Source: an uncultured Bacteroidales bacterium
Lineage (GTDB): Bacteria; Bacteroidota; Bacteroidia; Bacteroidales; Bacteroidaceae
Assembly (NCBI GenBank): GCA_902789725.1
Contig: CADAPC010000028.1
Span: 309 to 64,308, forward strand
Direction of reading: 5' to 3'
DNA: 64,000 bases
The notes under the pieces were generated by a model. That model ran no database searches, was not told the origin of the DNA, and saw only the letters and a list, made by a program, of their open reading frames with translations. Below are positions 1-9,144 of this stretch, in pieces. The first letter of the stretch is position 1. Each line of letters begins with the position of its first letter. A program made the position numbers and the translations under genes.

Positions 1-1
1 G

Positions 2-253
2 CTCTGCGACCTGGAGCGTGGTGGGGAGCGTCGCCTGCACCAATCGCCCTACGAACTCCCGAGACGAGTGGAGATGGCCAAAGACTTCATCAAGAAAAAC
101 GGCTTCATGCATGTGTATGACTATGCCACCATAACCGGTCTCTCCTACACTTCCGCCTCGCTCGAACTTAGGAAAATCTGCAAAAATCCTGAATGGGGCA
201 TCACTTGGCAAGGGAGAAAGAGCAGCAAGCTCTACTTGTTGGCGCAACAATAA
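2..253 (+). CDS. 3' end of a CDS entering from upstream of the window; product unknown, winged-helix-like C-terminal tail
   Basis: Frame 2 is open from nt 2 to the TAA at 251-253. The 68..253 track ORF is only its last Met-initiated part. The tail ATITGLSYTSASLELRKI...GRKSSKLYLL looks wHTH-like but is not diagnostic. Confidence 0.35.
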   Translation, partial: LCDLERGGERRLHQSPYELPRRVEMAKDFIKKNGFMHVYDYATITGLSYTSASLELRKICKNPEWGITWQGRKSSKLYLLAQQ

Positions 254-891
254 TGAAAAAGAAACAAAAACTAAAACCTACTGCAACAATGAAAAGACTT
301 GTTTTAATTGCGCTGTTGACCCTCACATGGGCACAGACGGCCTTTGGGCAACACACTGTGGAGAGCATCCGCAAGCAATATACAAACATCAAAGCCAACA
401 TCACCGAGATGCTGAAGGAAGAAGGCTACCCCGATGAGTACTACCAGGTGCTGGTGCGCCAAAACCTGCCTGCAACGGGTGGGCACTTTGAGGACACAAG
501 GATGTACTGGGGCGAAAGAGATGATGATGAAATTTACCCTTCACACTACGTGCAGTTTGTAACGACAAAATACAACTTTGCCGCTCGTGAGTTCTACGAA
601 GAATATCTCTACGACGAAAAGGGAAACATCCTGTTCATCTATGCACAGACGCCCGATGCCGATGAAGACATGGACAAGATGCACGAACTGCGCTTCTACT
701 TCGATGCGGGCAAACTCATCAAGGTGTTGGTGAAAGTGCGTCGTGCTGCAGACAGCCAAGCACCCTTTGCCGAAGAGTATTCAGGAACGACTGTCCCTGA
801 AAAGTACAAGAATCTCTACGAGCACTACTGTGGATGGTCAAGGCAGTTCGTTCAACTCTTCGATGCGGTAGATGGAGCTGCACATCTCTAA
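253..891 (+). CDS. secreted hypothetical protein (signal peptide)
   Basis: The internal ATG at 253 gives MKKKQKLKPTATMKRLVLIALLTLTWAQTAFGQ, a typical signal peptide. The track ORF begins at 193 inside the preceding gene. I recognise no family. Confidence 0.55.
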   Translation: MKKKQKLKPTATMKRLVLIALLTLTWAQTAFGQHTVESIRKQYTNIKANITEMLKEEGYPDEYYQVLVRQNLPATGGHFEDTRMYWGERDDDEIYPSHYVQFVTTKYNFAAREFYEEYLYDEKGNILFIYAQTPDADEDMDKMHELRFYFDAGKLIKVLVKVRRAADSQAPFAEEYSGTTVPEKYKNLYEHYCGWSRQFVQLFDAVDGAAHL

Positions 892-953
892 AAAAAAGTA
901 AGTAACTGAACAAAATAATTGTTGATAATTCGTAATCAATTCGCGATAATTAC

Positions 954-1019
954 ATGTTTTGTATAAACACGAATTGCCCATGAATTAATCATGTAAACCA
1001 TTTTTGTTTACCTACTTAC
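954..1019. repeat. copy A of a two-block dispersed intergenic repeat (copy B at 15852-15938)
   Basis: ATGTTTTGTATAAACACGAATTGCCCATGAATT and ATTTTTGTTTACCTACTTAC recur nearly identically, in the same order and orientation, at 15852-15883 and 15919-15938. Confidence 0.7.
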
Positions 1020-1048
1020 AATTCAAAACAATTTTCACTTCTTTCCAG

Positions 1049-2896
1049 ATGATAAACATGACGATTATGGGACAATCTTTACAGAAACTATGGTGGCTCT
1101 GCATCGTGTGGCTATCTGTAGCAGCCAGCTTTGGCCAGGAGCCTGCCAGCGAGGTGGAAACACAGGAAATGGCTTCCGGCAGCCAGACGATTTCAATTCT
1201 CGACTCGCTCAAAGCCGTGAACGACTCCATTGTGGGAGAGTTGCGTCATCAAGTGCAGGAACTGAAACTGCAAGGCATCATGATGCAGGAGCAATTGGAG
1301 CGCACAGGCATGAATGCCCGCGAAGATTCATTGCGCCAAGCCGAGCGGAAAGCCAGAATTGATTCGCTCAGGAATGTGACCCAAGGGGCACCCTTGGTTG
1401 TGGAGGGCGACACCCTACTCGTCATCTACGCCCGCAAGGGTGGCATGTTGCCTGAGGCTCGCGTGGCTGCCGCACAAAGCAAAATTCTGGAAACAGGCAA
1501 GAGCCTATCGATGTTTATCGACTCCATCTATGTGTTTGACAGCGAAGTATCTACCGACGTAATGGCAGGCGAGAACGTCATTCTGAGCGTGACAGACCTC
1601 GATGCCCTGTGGAACAACAAAGAGCGCTTGCAATTGGCTGAAGAGTATCGCAGCATTATCAGTTCAAAAGTGACGTCTCTGCACAACACCTACGGTCTTC
1701 AGCAGAAATTGCAGGGCATGGGATGGGTGGCACTCATCATTCTGGGGCTCGTCATCCTCATTGTGCTGGTGGTGCGCTTGTTCCGCCGGTGGAAGTTTCG
1801 CGTCACTCGCAAACTGCTGCGCTCCATCAAGACAGTCAGCATCAAGGACTACACCCTTCTCGACGCCCACCGCTTAGGCATCGTCATCATTGTGGTGTTC
1901 AACTTCGTGCGGTTCCTGCTCATCCTGCTCCTCATCCTGACCAGCGTGCCCATGCTCTTCTCTGTCTTTCCAGAAACAAAAACGTTCACCTACACCATCT
2001 TGGGCTACGTGTGGAAACCGCTGAAGGACATCTTCGCCTCCATCGTGGCATACATGCCCAATCTGTTCAAAATCATCGTCATCATCGTCTGCTTCCACTA
2101 CCTGATGCGAGCCATCCGCTACTTCCGCGACGAAATTGCGAGCGGAAGGCTGAAACTCAACGGATTTTATGCCGACTGGGCTTTGCCCACCTACACCATC
2201 CTGCGCGTGCTGCTCTACTCCTTCATGTTTGTGATGATTTGGCCTCTGCTGCCCAACTCCGACTCCGAAATCTTCCAGGGAGTGTCCGTGTTCATCGGTG
2301 TCATTGTCTCGCTGGGGTCCTCCTCCATTGTGGGCAACATCATGGCAGGACTCGTGATGACTTACATGCGTCCCTTCCACATTGGCGACTACATCCGCTT
2401 TGGTGACACAGAGGGGGAGGTGATTGAAAAAAGCATGCTTGTCACCCGCATCCGCACTCGCAAAAACGAGGTGGTCACCATTCCCAACTCGAACATCATG
2501 AGTGCACAGACTTCTAACTTCACTCTCTCAGCGCGCCGCTACGGAGTGCTGGCTCACACCTCTATCACCATAGGCTACGATGAACCTTGGCAAAAAATTG
2601 AGCGGCTCCTTGTCGAAGCCGCCCTTGCCACCGATGGCATCAAGAAGACACCCCCACCGTTTGTCATCATCAAGTCGCTCGACGACTTCTACGTGGAGTA
2701 CGAAATCAACGCCTGCACCGATCGTGCCCGCACGCTTCCCGTTGTCCACTCCACCTTGCGGCAGAACATTCTCGACCACTTCCATCGGGCAGGCGTAGAA
2801 ATCATGTCGCCTCACATCGAGGCTCGCCGCGACAACCTGCCTGTGCAGATTCCAGCTGTTGAAAGTGAACCTTTTGCTCAACGCAGGCAAAAGTGA
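1049..2896 (+). CDS. mechanosensitive ion channel family protein (MscS-like) with a long N-terminal extracytoplasmic coiled-coil region
   Basis: MscS core signature GNIMAGLVMTYMRPFHIGDYIRFGDTEGEVIEKSMLVTRIRTRKNEVVTIPNS, preceded by several TM helices. The track ORF starts at a TTG (1004); the first ATGs are at 1049, 1058 and 1067, so the start is uncertain. Confidence 0.85.
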   Translation: MINMTIMGQSLQKLWWLCIVWLSVAASFGQEPASEVETQEMASGSQTISILDSLKAVNDSIVGELRHQVQELKLQGIMMQEQLERTGMNAREDSLRQAERKARIDSLRNVTQGAPLVVEGDTLLVIYARKGGMLPEARVAAAQSKILETGKSLSMFIDSIYVFDSEVSTDVMAGENVILSVTDLDALWNNKERLQLAEEYRSIISSKVTSLHNTYGLQQKLQGMGWVALIILGLVILIVLVVRLFRRWKFRVTRKLLRSIKTVSIKDYTLLDAHRLGIVIIVVFNFVRFLLILLLILTSVPMLFSVFPETKTFTYTILGYVWKPLKDIFASIVAYMPNLFKIIVIIVCFHYLMRAIRYFRDEIASGRLKLNGFYADWALPTYTILRVLLYSFMFVMIWPLLPNSDSEIFQGVSVFIGVIVSLGSSSIVGNIMAGLVMTYMRPFHIGDYIRFGDTEGEVIEKSMLVTRIRTRKNEVVTIPNSNIMSAQTSNFTLSARRYGVLAHTSITIGYDEPWQKIERLLVEAALATDGIKKTPPPFVIIKSLDDFYVEYEINACTDRARTLPVVHSTLRQNILDHFHRAGVEIMSPHIEARRDNLPVQIPAVESEPFAQRRQK

Positions 2897-3010
2897 AGAG
2901 TTAATTCTCTCAAACCTTTGCCACGATTTGGCATAGTCTTCGTGTACTTTTGCAGAAAAAACAAAGAAACATGGACAATGACAGAGGGCAAAGCCTAATT
3001 ACCAATAGCA

Positions 3011-3046
3011 CTTGTCCGATCGTTTATCGAACAACTATCGGACAAG
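3011..3046. terminator. 10-bp perfect hairpin between convergent genes (candidate bidirectional terminator)
   Basis: CTTGTCCGAT (3011-3020) pairs with ATCGGACAAG (3037-3046). It lies between the MscS stop (2896) and the GH43-like stop (3086). Confidence 0.45.
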
Positions 3047-3085
3047 AATGGGACAAGAATGGGGGGGGGTAAAGCTCCTAAATTT

Positions 3086-4138
3086 TCACTTTTCGCTAAA
3101 CGCTTTCGCCAAACGCTTATATTCAGCCTTTGTCAGGCGCAAGAAGCTGCCATGCTGCGGAGCAGTCACCCCCTGAATGTCCACAGGGTCATGGAAGCCT
3201 TTCAAGTATTCGTCCGTTTGGCAAATGCGGTAGTGCTTGGGACGGTCGCTATACTGGATGTAAGCCACCCGCCAACCTTTCTCGCCCACAATTTGGAAGG
3301 CACTGCTGCCCTCGCACTTCTTCGTGCCTTCGAAGCTGACGAAATCGTTCTCGTCGGGTTCTGGCCAAGGACCGGTAAGCTTATCGGATGTGGTTTGGAA
3401 TATGCCAGGATGTCCCCCTTCCTTCTTGATGAGCATGTGGTACTTATGGTCGCTCTCCAAATAGTTGATGTCGGCATCGATGGTGGCATACCCCCAATCG
3501 AACAGCACGCGGGGTTTAGTCAGCTTAGTGAACGTTTTGTCGGCATAGCTATACACCATGCGGTCGTATTTGTCATCCTCGTTCGTGCTCCAAATGGAGT
3601 AGTAAATCATGTAGCCCCCCCTGTCACCATTGGCCCACACGTAGTTGGGGTCCCAAAAGATTTGGGGTGCCCACACACGGTTTATCTTGCTCCAGTCGGC
3701 AATGATGTCAGGACTCTCCGGGTCGCAAAAAATCTCGTTTCCCTTGCGAAAGTCGAAGGTGGTGGATGTCCAGTTGATGAGGTCATCGCTCTTCATGAGG
3801 TTGATGCCATAATTGAACCACACCTTGCTTTTGGCCACACACATGTCGGTGGTGACCATGAGAAAGCCTTTGCCTGAATCGGATTTACGACACACGTATG
3901 CGTCGCGCTGTCCACCTTCGATGGCTGCCATCTTTTGGGGGTCGATGACAGCTTTCCCGCCATTCAAGTCGTGATAGTGAAGTCCGTCGCGACTCAGCGC
4001 ATAGGCAGTAAACTCGCCGTTGTCGCTCATGTGGCAATAAAGGTATCCATAATCCCCCTTCTGAAGGTTTTGAGCCGAGAGGGGTAGCAAAGACAATCCC
4101 GTCAGGAGACTTGCTAAAAATGTTTTTTTTGAGGTCAT
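3086..4138 (-). CDS. GH43-like five-bladed beta-propeller glycoside hydrolase, secreted
   Basis: N-terminal signal MTSKKTFLASLLTGLSLLPLSAQ. Propeller-type motifs QRDAYVCR, VWAPQIFWDP, YMIYYS and CEGSSAF are present. The subfamily is not assignable by eye. Confidence 0.65.
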   Translation of the reverse strand: MTSKKTFLASLLTGLSLLPLSAQNLQKGDYGYLYCHMSDNGEFTAYALSRDGLHYHDLNGGKAVIDPQKMAAIEGGQRDAYVCRKSDSGKGFLMVTTDMCVAKSKVWFNYGINLMKSDDLINWTSTTFDFRKGNEIFCDPESPDIIADWSKINRVWAPQIFWDPNYVWANGDRGGYMIYYSIWSTNEDDKYDRMVYSYADKTFTKLTKPRVLFDWGYATIDADINYLESDHKYHMLIKKEGGHPGIFQTTSDKLTGPWPEPDENDFVSFEGTKKCEGSSAFQIVGEKGWRVAYIQYSDRPKHYRICQTDEYLKGFHDPVDIQGVTAPQHGSFLRLTKAEYKRLAKAFSEK

Positions 4139-4263
4139 AATCGTTAGTTTTTATAGATTGCAGGGGCAAAGGTAGTAATTTTAAGTGAAAAGTGAAGAGT
4201 GAATAATGAAAAATCTAAGTCACCTTTGGATAAGTGAAGAGCTAAAGGTTCACTTTTCATTTT

Positions 4264-7200
4264 TCACTTCTTTTGGGGCTGCCTGTTGAGCCGATAAATG
4301 ACATGGAGGATTCCGTAGGAAGGAATGACATTGCGGAACACCTCAGCGCGTCCTTGTGCATTGACCGTCCGCTGCACATTGGAAAGATTGCCCAGAAGGT
4401 CGAAACCATCGAACATGAGGGTTAGCTTTCCCTTCATCATGCGCTTAGACAGGCGGGCGTTCCACACCAGCTCGTTGGTGTTCATGGAAGATTCGCTATA
4501 TCCCCTGCGGCTATACATGGTAATGTCGGAAGATACTTGCATGCCCCAAGGGAGTTCCACCTTAGTTGTCAACCCATAATTGAAAGAGAACACATCGAGT
4601 GTGGTGAAATCCTCGCGTTCGCTGCCTGAGTGCTGATAGTTCAGATTGCCCGCCACACCGAATTCCATCTTGCTGGAAGGTTGCCAACGCAGTGAAAGGT
4701 ATTCATTCACATTGTCCGACACAACGACAGACTTGGTGGCGACAAGGCTCTCGTTAGTTCCGCTCAAATCGACATTGTTCGTGTGGCTATACCCCACTCG
4801 CTGCGACACACGCCATTTGTCGTTCTTGTCTAATGCGACAGAGACGTTTGCATTGGCCGACAGATTCCAATTACCATTCACATTGTCGGGAGTGACGGTG
4901 CGCACACCCGTTTCCTTATTATAAATGTAACCCGACGCAACGGCATTTTCTGTGATGTTGGCCGAGAGGGATGAATTGAAGAGAGTTTTTTTCCACTTGT
5001 CATGATAATACAAGCTAAAATCGTGACTATGTGTCTTTTTCAAATTCGGATTGCCCAGCGTGATGTAAAGAGGGTTGCTGTCGTCGCGGATGTTGAGCAA
5101 ACTCGTCATGGAGGGTGCTGAATTGTTTAGGGTATAGTTGATGCTGACACCTTTGTTCTTTTTATAATTGTCCTTGGAGAACGAAATGGAGGGGTTGAAC
5201 AATGCGGTGTTGCGAGTCAGGAGAGTATCCACTTGAGTTCCCCGACAATAATCCAAACGTTCGTGGGTGAAAGGCGCATTCAGAACCAGGGTGAAGAAGG
5301 CGCTGTTGTCGCCCTCCATCAAACTGTATGAATAAGAGAGGTAGGCTTGATTGCTAACATTGTTCGTTGTGGAGTGGGAGCTGTTTTGCGCATCCAATGT
5401 GGAGAGCATGTCATCGACCGAAGGTAGTGTGCCCAACGAATGTGTCTCGGGTTTACTCCATTCGTCCAATTTGTTCAGCAGATAGAGGGAACGGTTGTTG
5501 GTGTTGTGATGATACTCAAATGTGTGCTTGAAGAAGAGTTGGTGGTGCTGCTCTTTGTCGAAGGCAATGCCCACCCCCGCTCCTGCACGAGCTTGATGAG
5601 AGCGTTGTTTTGAGGGATTGTACCGATTGCGGAAGTCGGTGGGTTGCGTGGCTGAATTGGGATAGTCGAGCAGATAGTGCTCATAGCTGTCTGTCCGACT
5701 ATCGGAGTAGTTATAGCCAAATTGCACATCAAAATTGACATAATCGTTGTGTGCAGGCATAAATGTCAAGAATCCGTCGAAATTGGCATTGGTTTGATGC
5801 CCATTTCCCTTGCTGGTAGTCATGGTTCGGTTGATGGCATAACGGCGCAACAGTTCGCCCGCATTGGGCGTCATGATGCTGTCCATCCATGCTTTGCCCA
5901 ATTGCGCAGCCACATCTTCCGCGAGGGTGACGCTGGCATTGTTGCCACGATTGTTCCACTTATTGTAGCTGACATTGGGGCGCAAAGAAAGAAAGATGTA
6001 GCGGAACGTTTCCCACAGGGGATCGGTGTGTTGCAAACGGAGGTCATGACTGCTCTGAAAACCCCAAGTATAGTTTCTGCTGTTCTGAAAACTTTTTCCG
6101 TAGGTGTCGCCTCCCTCAAGGAAAGTTGCGCTGGTGGTGTGCGAGGCATTGTCTATGTCGCTATAACTGCCGTTCACGCTTCCTTGGTAGTTATACTTGT
6201 CCTCCTTGTCGCGCATGAAGTTGCCACCCACTTGGTAGGTGGTGGTTAAGCCGCCCGTTTGTTCCAAGTCGCTCCATTCACCCTCATAGCCAGGTTGTCC
6301 GTTGTCGTTCACATTGTTCACGTTGGCAAACAGCGTGATTCGGGTGTTGTCGGAGAATCGCAAGCCAAACAATCTTCCCATGAACTTGGTGTCGAGTTTT
6401 CCTTCCTGATTTCGGAAGAACGTAGCTCCCGCACCTCCCTCGGCATTGGCTATCCACCCTGTGGCGTACTCCTTTTTCAGCTTCACGTTCAGCACCAGTT
6501 CCTTTTTCGTATTCTTCTCTCGGGGCGTTCCTTTCACCTCCTCAGGCACACGCTCAAACGACTGGATGTTCTTCACCATGTAGGAAGGCATATTTTCCAG
6601 CAACAACTCGCGATCGCTGTCGAAAAAGTTCTTACCATTCAGTAACAAGGCATCCACTTGCTTGCCATTCACTTTGATGACACCCCCTTTCTCCAACTCC
6701 ACGCCGGGCAATTTCCTGATGAGTTCGCTCAACATGGACCCCTCAGCCATGTTGAAGGCATCGGCATCATAGACGAGGGTGTCGCCATCCATATAGAATT
6801 TCAGCTTGGTGGCCACCACCACAAATTCATCCAGTTCGCGCTCCAGTTTTTTAGGGATGGTGCGCAAATAGACAGGCTTCAGATAGCGATAGTTCTCGCG
6901 CTTGTAGAGTTTCTTCACCTCCACAGGTACATACTTGCTCACATACCCTTCGGCATCCACCTTCAGCAGGTAATCCCCTGCCTTCGTGATGGGAAAGTCC
7001 AAACTGGAGCTTTTGAAGTACTCTTCCTCTTGGTACTCAAAATGCACCGTGTCGGCATGCGAGCTGTCGGCTGCCCACAACAACTCGGCTTTCACATTCT
7101 TCACGGGGTCGTGGGTCAGGTGGTCTTTCACTTCCATATATACCTGCATTCCGCGCACAGCCGCACGCGCTGTGTCGGCATCATGTTTCTGTGCCGAGAG

Positions 7201-7275
7201 GGGGGGAGTGGCTATTAAAAACAGAACAATTTGCAGAAACGACTGAATGGACACTGACTTAAACCGACGCATCAT
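4264..7275 (-). CDS. large outer-membrane beta-barrel protein with carboxypeptidase-regulatory-like and plug-like N-terminal domains (TonB-dependent-receptor-like)
   Basis: Signal peptide, then plug-like DGDTLVYDADAFNMAEGSMLSELIRKLPGVELEKGGVIKVNGKQV. A long Y/N/S/G-rich alternating beta-strand region follows. The start overlaps the PrsW stop by 4 nt. Confidence 0.7.
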   Translation of the reverse strand: MMRRFKSVSIQSFLQIVLFLIATPPLSAQKHDADTARAAVRGMQVYMEVKDHLTHDPVKNVKAELLWAADSSHADTVHFEYQEEEYFKSSSLDFPITKAGDYLLKVDAEGYVSKYVPVEVKKLYKRENYRYLKPVYLRTIPKKLERELDEFVVVATKLKFYMDGDTLVYDADAFNMAEGSMLSELIRKLPGVELEKGGVIKVNGKQVDALLLNGKNFFDSDRELLLENMPSYMVKNIQSFERVPEEVKGTPREKNTKKELVLNVKLKKEYATGWIANAEGGAGATFFRNQEGKLDTKFMGRLFGLRFSDNTRITLFANVNNVNDNGQPGYEGEWSDLEQTGGLTTTYQVGGNFMRDKEDKYNYQGSVNGSYSDIDNASHTTSATFLEGGDTYGKSFQNSRNYTWGFQSSHDLRLQHTDPLWETFRYIFLSLRPNVSYNKWNNRGNNASVTLAEDVAAQLGKAWMDSIMTPNAGELLRRYAINRTMTTSKGNGHQTNANFDGFLTFMPAHNDYVNFDVQFGYNYSDSRTDSYEHYLLDYPNSATQPTDFRNRYNPSKQRSHQARAGAGVGIAFDKEQHHQLFFKHTFEYHHNTNNRSLYLLNKLDEWSKPETHSLGTLPSVDDMLSTLDAQNSSHSTTNNVSNQAYLSYSYSLMEGDNSAFFTLVLNAPFTHERLDYCRGTQVDTLLTRNTALFNPSISFSKDNYKKNKGVSINYTLNNSAPSMTSLLNIRDDSNPLYITLGNPNLKKTHSHDFSLYYHDKWKKTLFNSSLSANITENAVASGYIYNKETGVRTVTPDNVNGNWNLSANANVSVALDKNDKWRVSQRVGYSHTNNVDLSGTNESLVATKSVVVSDNVNEYLSLRWQPSSKMEFGVAGNLNYQHSGSEREDFTTLDVFSFNYGLTTKVELPWGMQVSSDITMYSRRGYSESSMNTNELVWNARLSKRMMKGKLTLMFDGFDLLGNLSNVQRTVNAQGRAEVFRNVIPSYGILHVIYRLNRQPQKK

Positions 7276-8003
7276 GCTCTCTCATTCACCCCTTTCTTAT
7301 GTATCAGTTTATTGTCTGCCCTGAGCAGTCGCATCATGTGCCGATGCACAAAGATGCCCATCGCCACAAAGAGCACGATGAATGTGCCTGCAGCTATCAT
7401 CATGTGCGTCTCACTCAAGTCAGCCGCCAAAACGATGCTGTCAAAGGCTCCGTGGAAAAGGAAAGGCACCAAGAATGCCAACAGGAAGTAAAGACGGCGA
7501 TGACGGCGGTAGCCATAGATGCCCAGCGAATAGTAATAGCCCATGAACACGGCGTAGAAGAAGTGGCCTGGCACGCTGAGCAGCCCCCTGGCTATGCCTA
7601 ATGCGGCAAGGTTGTCGAGATTGACGAGCAAATAGCCTATATTCTCCAACCCGGCAAAGCCCATGCCCACACAGGCGGCATAGACAATGCCATCCATGCG
7701 CTCGTCAAAATAAGGATTGCCACGAACCAAGAGCCAGAAGAAGAGGTATTTCATCACTTCTTCGGAGAATGAGATGACCACAAAACTGTAATAGAGGGCG
7801 CCGCTCATGGTGTTGAGTTCAGGCTCTGGCCACAGCATTTCCATGACAATTGCCCCACCGCAGGCAAGGATGCCAAACCAGAAGGATTTGGCAATCCACT
7901 TCATTGGCTCGCGCTGGTATTTGTCTTGCCAATAGATAAAAGCCACCAAAATCAGAGCGGGGAGGATGCCTGAGAGTATAGCTAAGAAATACAGCATCGT
8001 CAA
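7272..8003 (-). CDS. PrsW-family intramembrane protease
   Basis: Polytopic membrane protein carrying the EE..K motif (FSEEVMKYLFF) and the H...D motif (FLFHGAFDSIV) that I associate with the PrsW family. Confidence 0.65.
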   Translation of the reverse strand: MTMLYFLAILSGILPALILVAFIYWQDKYQREPMKWIAKSFWFGILACGGAIVMEMLWPEPELNTMSGALYYSFVVISFSEEVMKYLFFWLLVRGNPYFDERMDGIVYAACVGMGFAGLENIGYLLVNLDNLAALGIARGLLSVPGHFFYAVFMGYYYSLGIYGYRRHRRLYFLLAFLVPFLFHGAFDSIVLAADLSETHMMIAAGTFIVLFVAMGIFVHRHMMRLLRADNKLIHKKGVNERA

Positions 8004-8012
8004 AAAACGGTT

Positions 8013-8960
8013 TTATCGTGCACTTTTCTTGGGAGAACGTAACTGACTGAACACAAACCATCCGATGGAAAGAACCAACACAGCTATCAGCCCTATGCCA
8101 AAGGGGGTGAGTTCGCCCTGATGGAGGATGGCACCGCGCATGGAAGTCATGATGCCCTTAGGCGAATAGGAAGCTCCCACATATTTATTGTTTTCCCAGT
8201 TGCCAGCCAACTCTGTTCCGCCTGGTGTGGTATAGACTCCATAACCGTGACGGCGGTCGTTATGGAAGGTGCCCACATAGACTGAACCATTCTGCGAGGT
8301 GTATTTTCCTTCGCCCTCAAACTTGGAGAGGACAAACTCACCTTCATACACAGCTCCGTTGGCAAACTCGTAGCGTCCCTGCCCCTCACGCTCGCCATTC
8401 ACCCAATGTCCCTTGAACACATCGCCGTGAGCCCAAGTGTAGGTGCCCTCACCATTGCGCTGGTTGTTTTCATAGTGACCTGTATATTCGTCTCCACCCA
8501 CAGCTACGAAGGTTCCCTCGCCTGTGCGCACATCGTCAACCCAATCGCCCTCGTACAAGTCGCCATTGGCCCAATGGAGTTTTCCCTTGCCATTGCGCTT
8601 GCCATTGTGCCAAGTGCCCTCAAAAATATTCTGTTTCCCTGCATAGTAGGCAATACCCTTGCCCTCTTGTTTGCCATCTTTGAAACCGCCTTGGTAGAAA
8701 TCGCCATCAGCCCAAGTATAAACACCATAGCCCTCCATCTTGCCCTCCACGAAGCTGCCTTCATATTTGTCACCATTGTCCCACGTGTAGGTTCCTTCGC
8801 CATGAAAGAGCCCCTTCTTCTTTGGGCCTGTATATTTTCCTCCTGTTGTACCGTTCTTCACTGGCTTGATAAAGTCGTCGGTGTGTTCGGCAGCTGAAAT
8901 GACGCCTGCCATCATGAAGAATGCTGCAATAAGCAATGCTGCTTTTTTCATCATAATCAA
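8013..8960 (-). CDS. MORN-repeat protein with signal peptide and C-terminal TM anchor
   Basis: About 10 tandem 23-aa repeats of the Y.G.W..G...G.G type (YEGSFVEGKMEGYGVYTWADGDFYQGGFKDGKQEGKG...). The C-terminal hydrophobic helix is GIGLIAVLVLSIGWFVF. Confidence 0.8.
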   Translation of the reverse strand: MIMMKKAALLIAAFFMMAGVISAAEHTDDFIKPVKNGTTGGKYTGPKKKGLFHGEGTYTWDNGDKYEGSFVEGKMEGYGVYTWADGDFYQGGFKDGKQEGKGIAYYAGKQNIFEGTWHNGKRNGKGKLHWANGDLYEGDWVDDVRTGEGTFVAVGGDEYTGHYENNQRNGEGTYTWAHGDVFKGHWVNGEREGQGRYEFANGAVYEGEFVLSKFEGEGKYTSQNGSVYVGTFHNDRRHGYGVYTTPGGTELAGNWENNKYVGASYSPKGIMTSMRGAILHQGELTPFGIGLIAVLVLSIGWFVFSQLRSPKKSAR

Positions 8961-9027
8961 AGTTATTTAGTTTTTAATGTAAATAGTAAATTCTGCTTTT
9001 TCTTGTTCCAAATACGAATAATCAGTG

Positions 9028-9035
9028 CAAAAATA
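9028..9035 (-). promoter_or_regulatory. candidate Bacteroidota -7 box (TATTTTTG on the minus strand) for the MORN-PrsW-OMP operon
   Basis: The plus strand reads CAAAAATA, so the minus strand matches TAnnTTTG. It sits 68 nt upstream of the ATG at 8960. Confidence 0.25.
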
Positions 9036-9144
9036 TTGAGTTTTATGTATTTAGCAAAATATTTGGCGAAGAAAAGTACTTTACTGCATGATTTTCGGCA
9101 TCAATTGCCATCTATTTCCGAAAAAAGAGGGGGGAATGAAGTCA

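Noticed and set aside
3061-3069. G9 homopolymer as a phase-variation switch
   Set aside because: It lies in the 3' intergenic region between two convergent genes, not in a coding region or a promoter spacer.
3059-3877. 272-aa plus-strand ORF
   Set aside because: It lies entirely antisense to the well-supported GH43-like gene (3086..4138) and has no recognisable motifs. It is a shadow ORF.
4123-4130. A8/T8 tract in codons 3-6 of the GH43-like gene as a slipped-strand switch
   Set aside because: It simply encodes the Lys-Lys of a signal-peptide n-region. Tracts of this length also occur elsewhere, for example inside the GH43 gene at 46319-46326, so there is no specific support.
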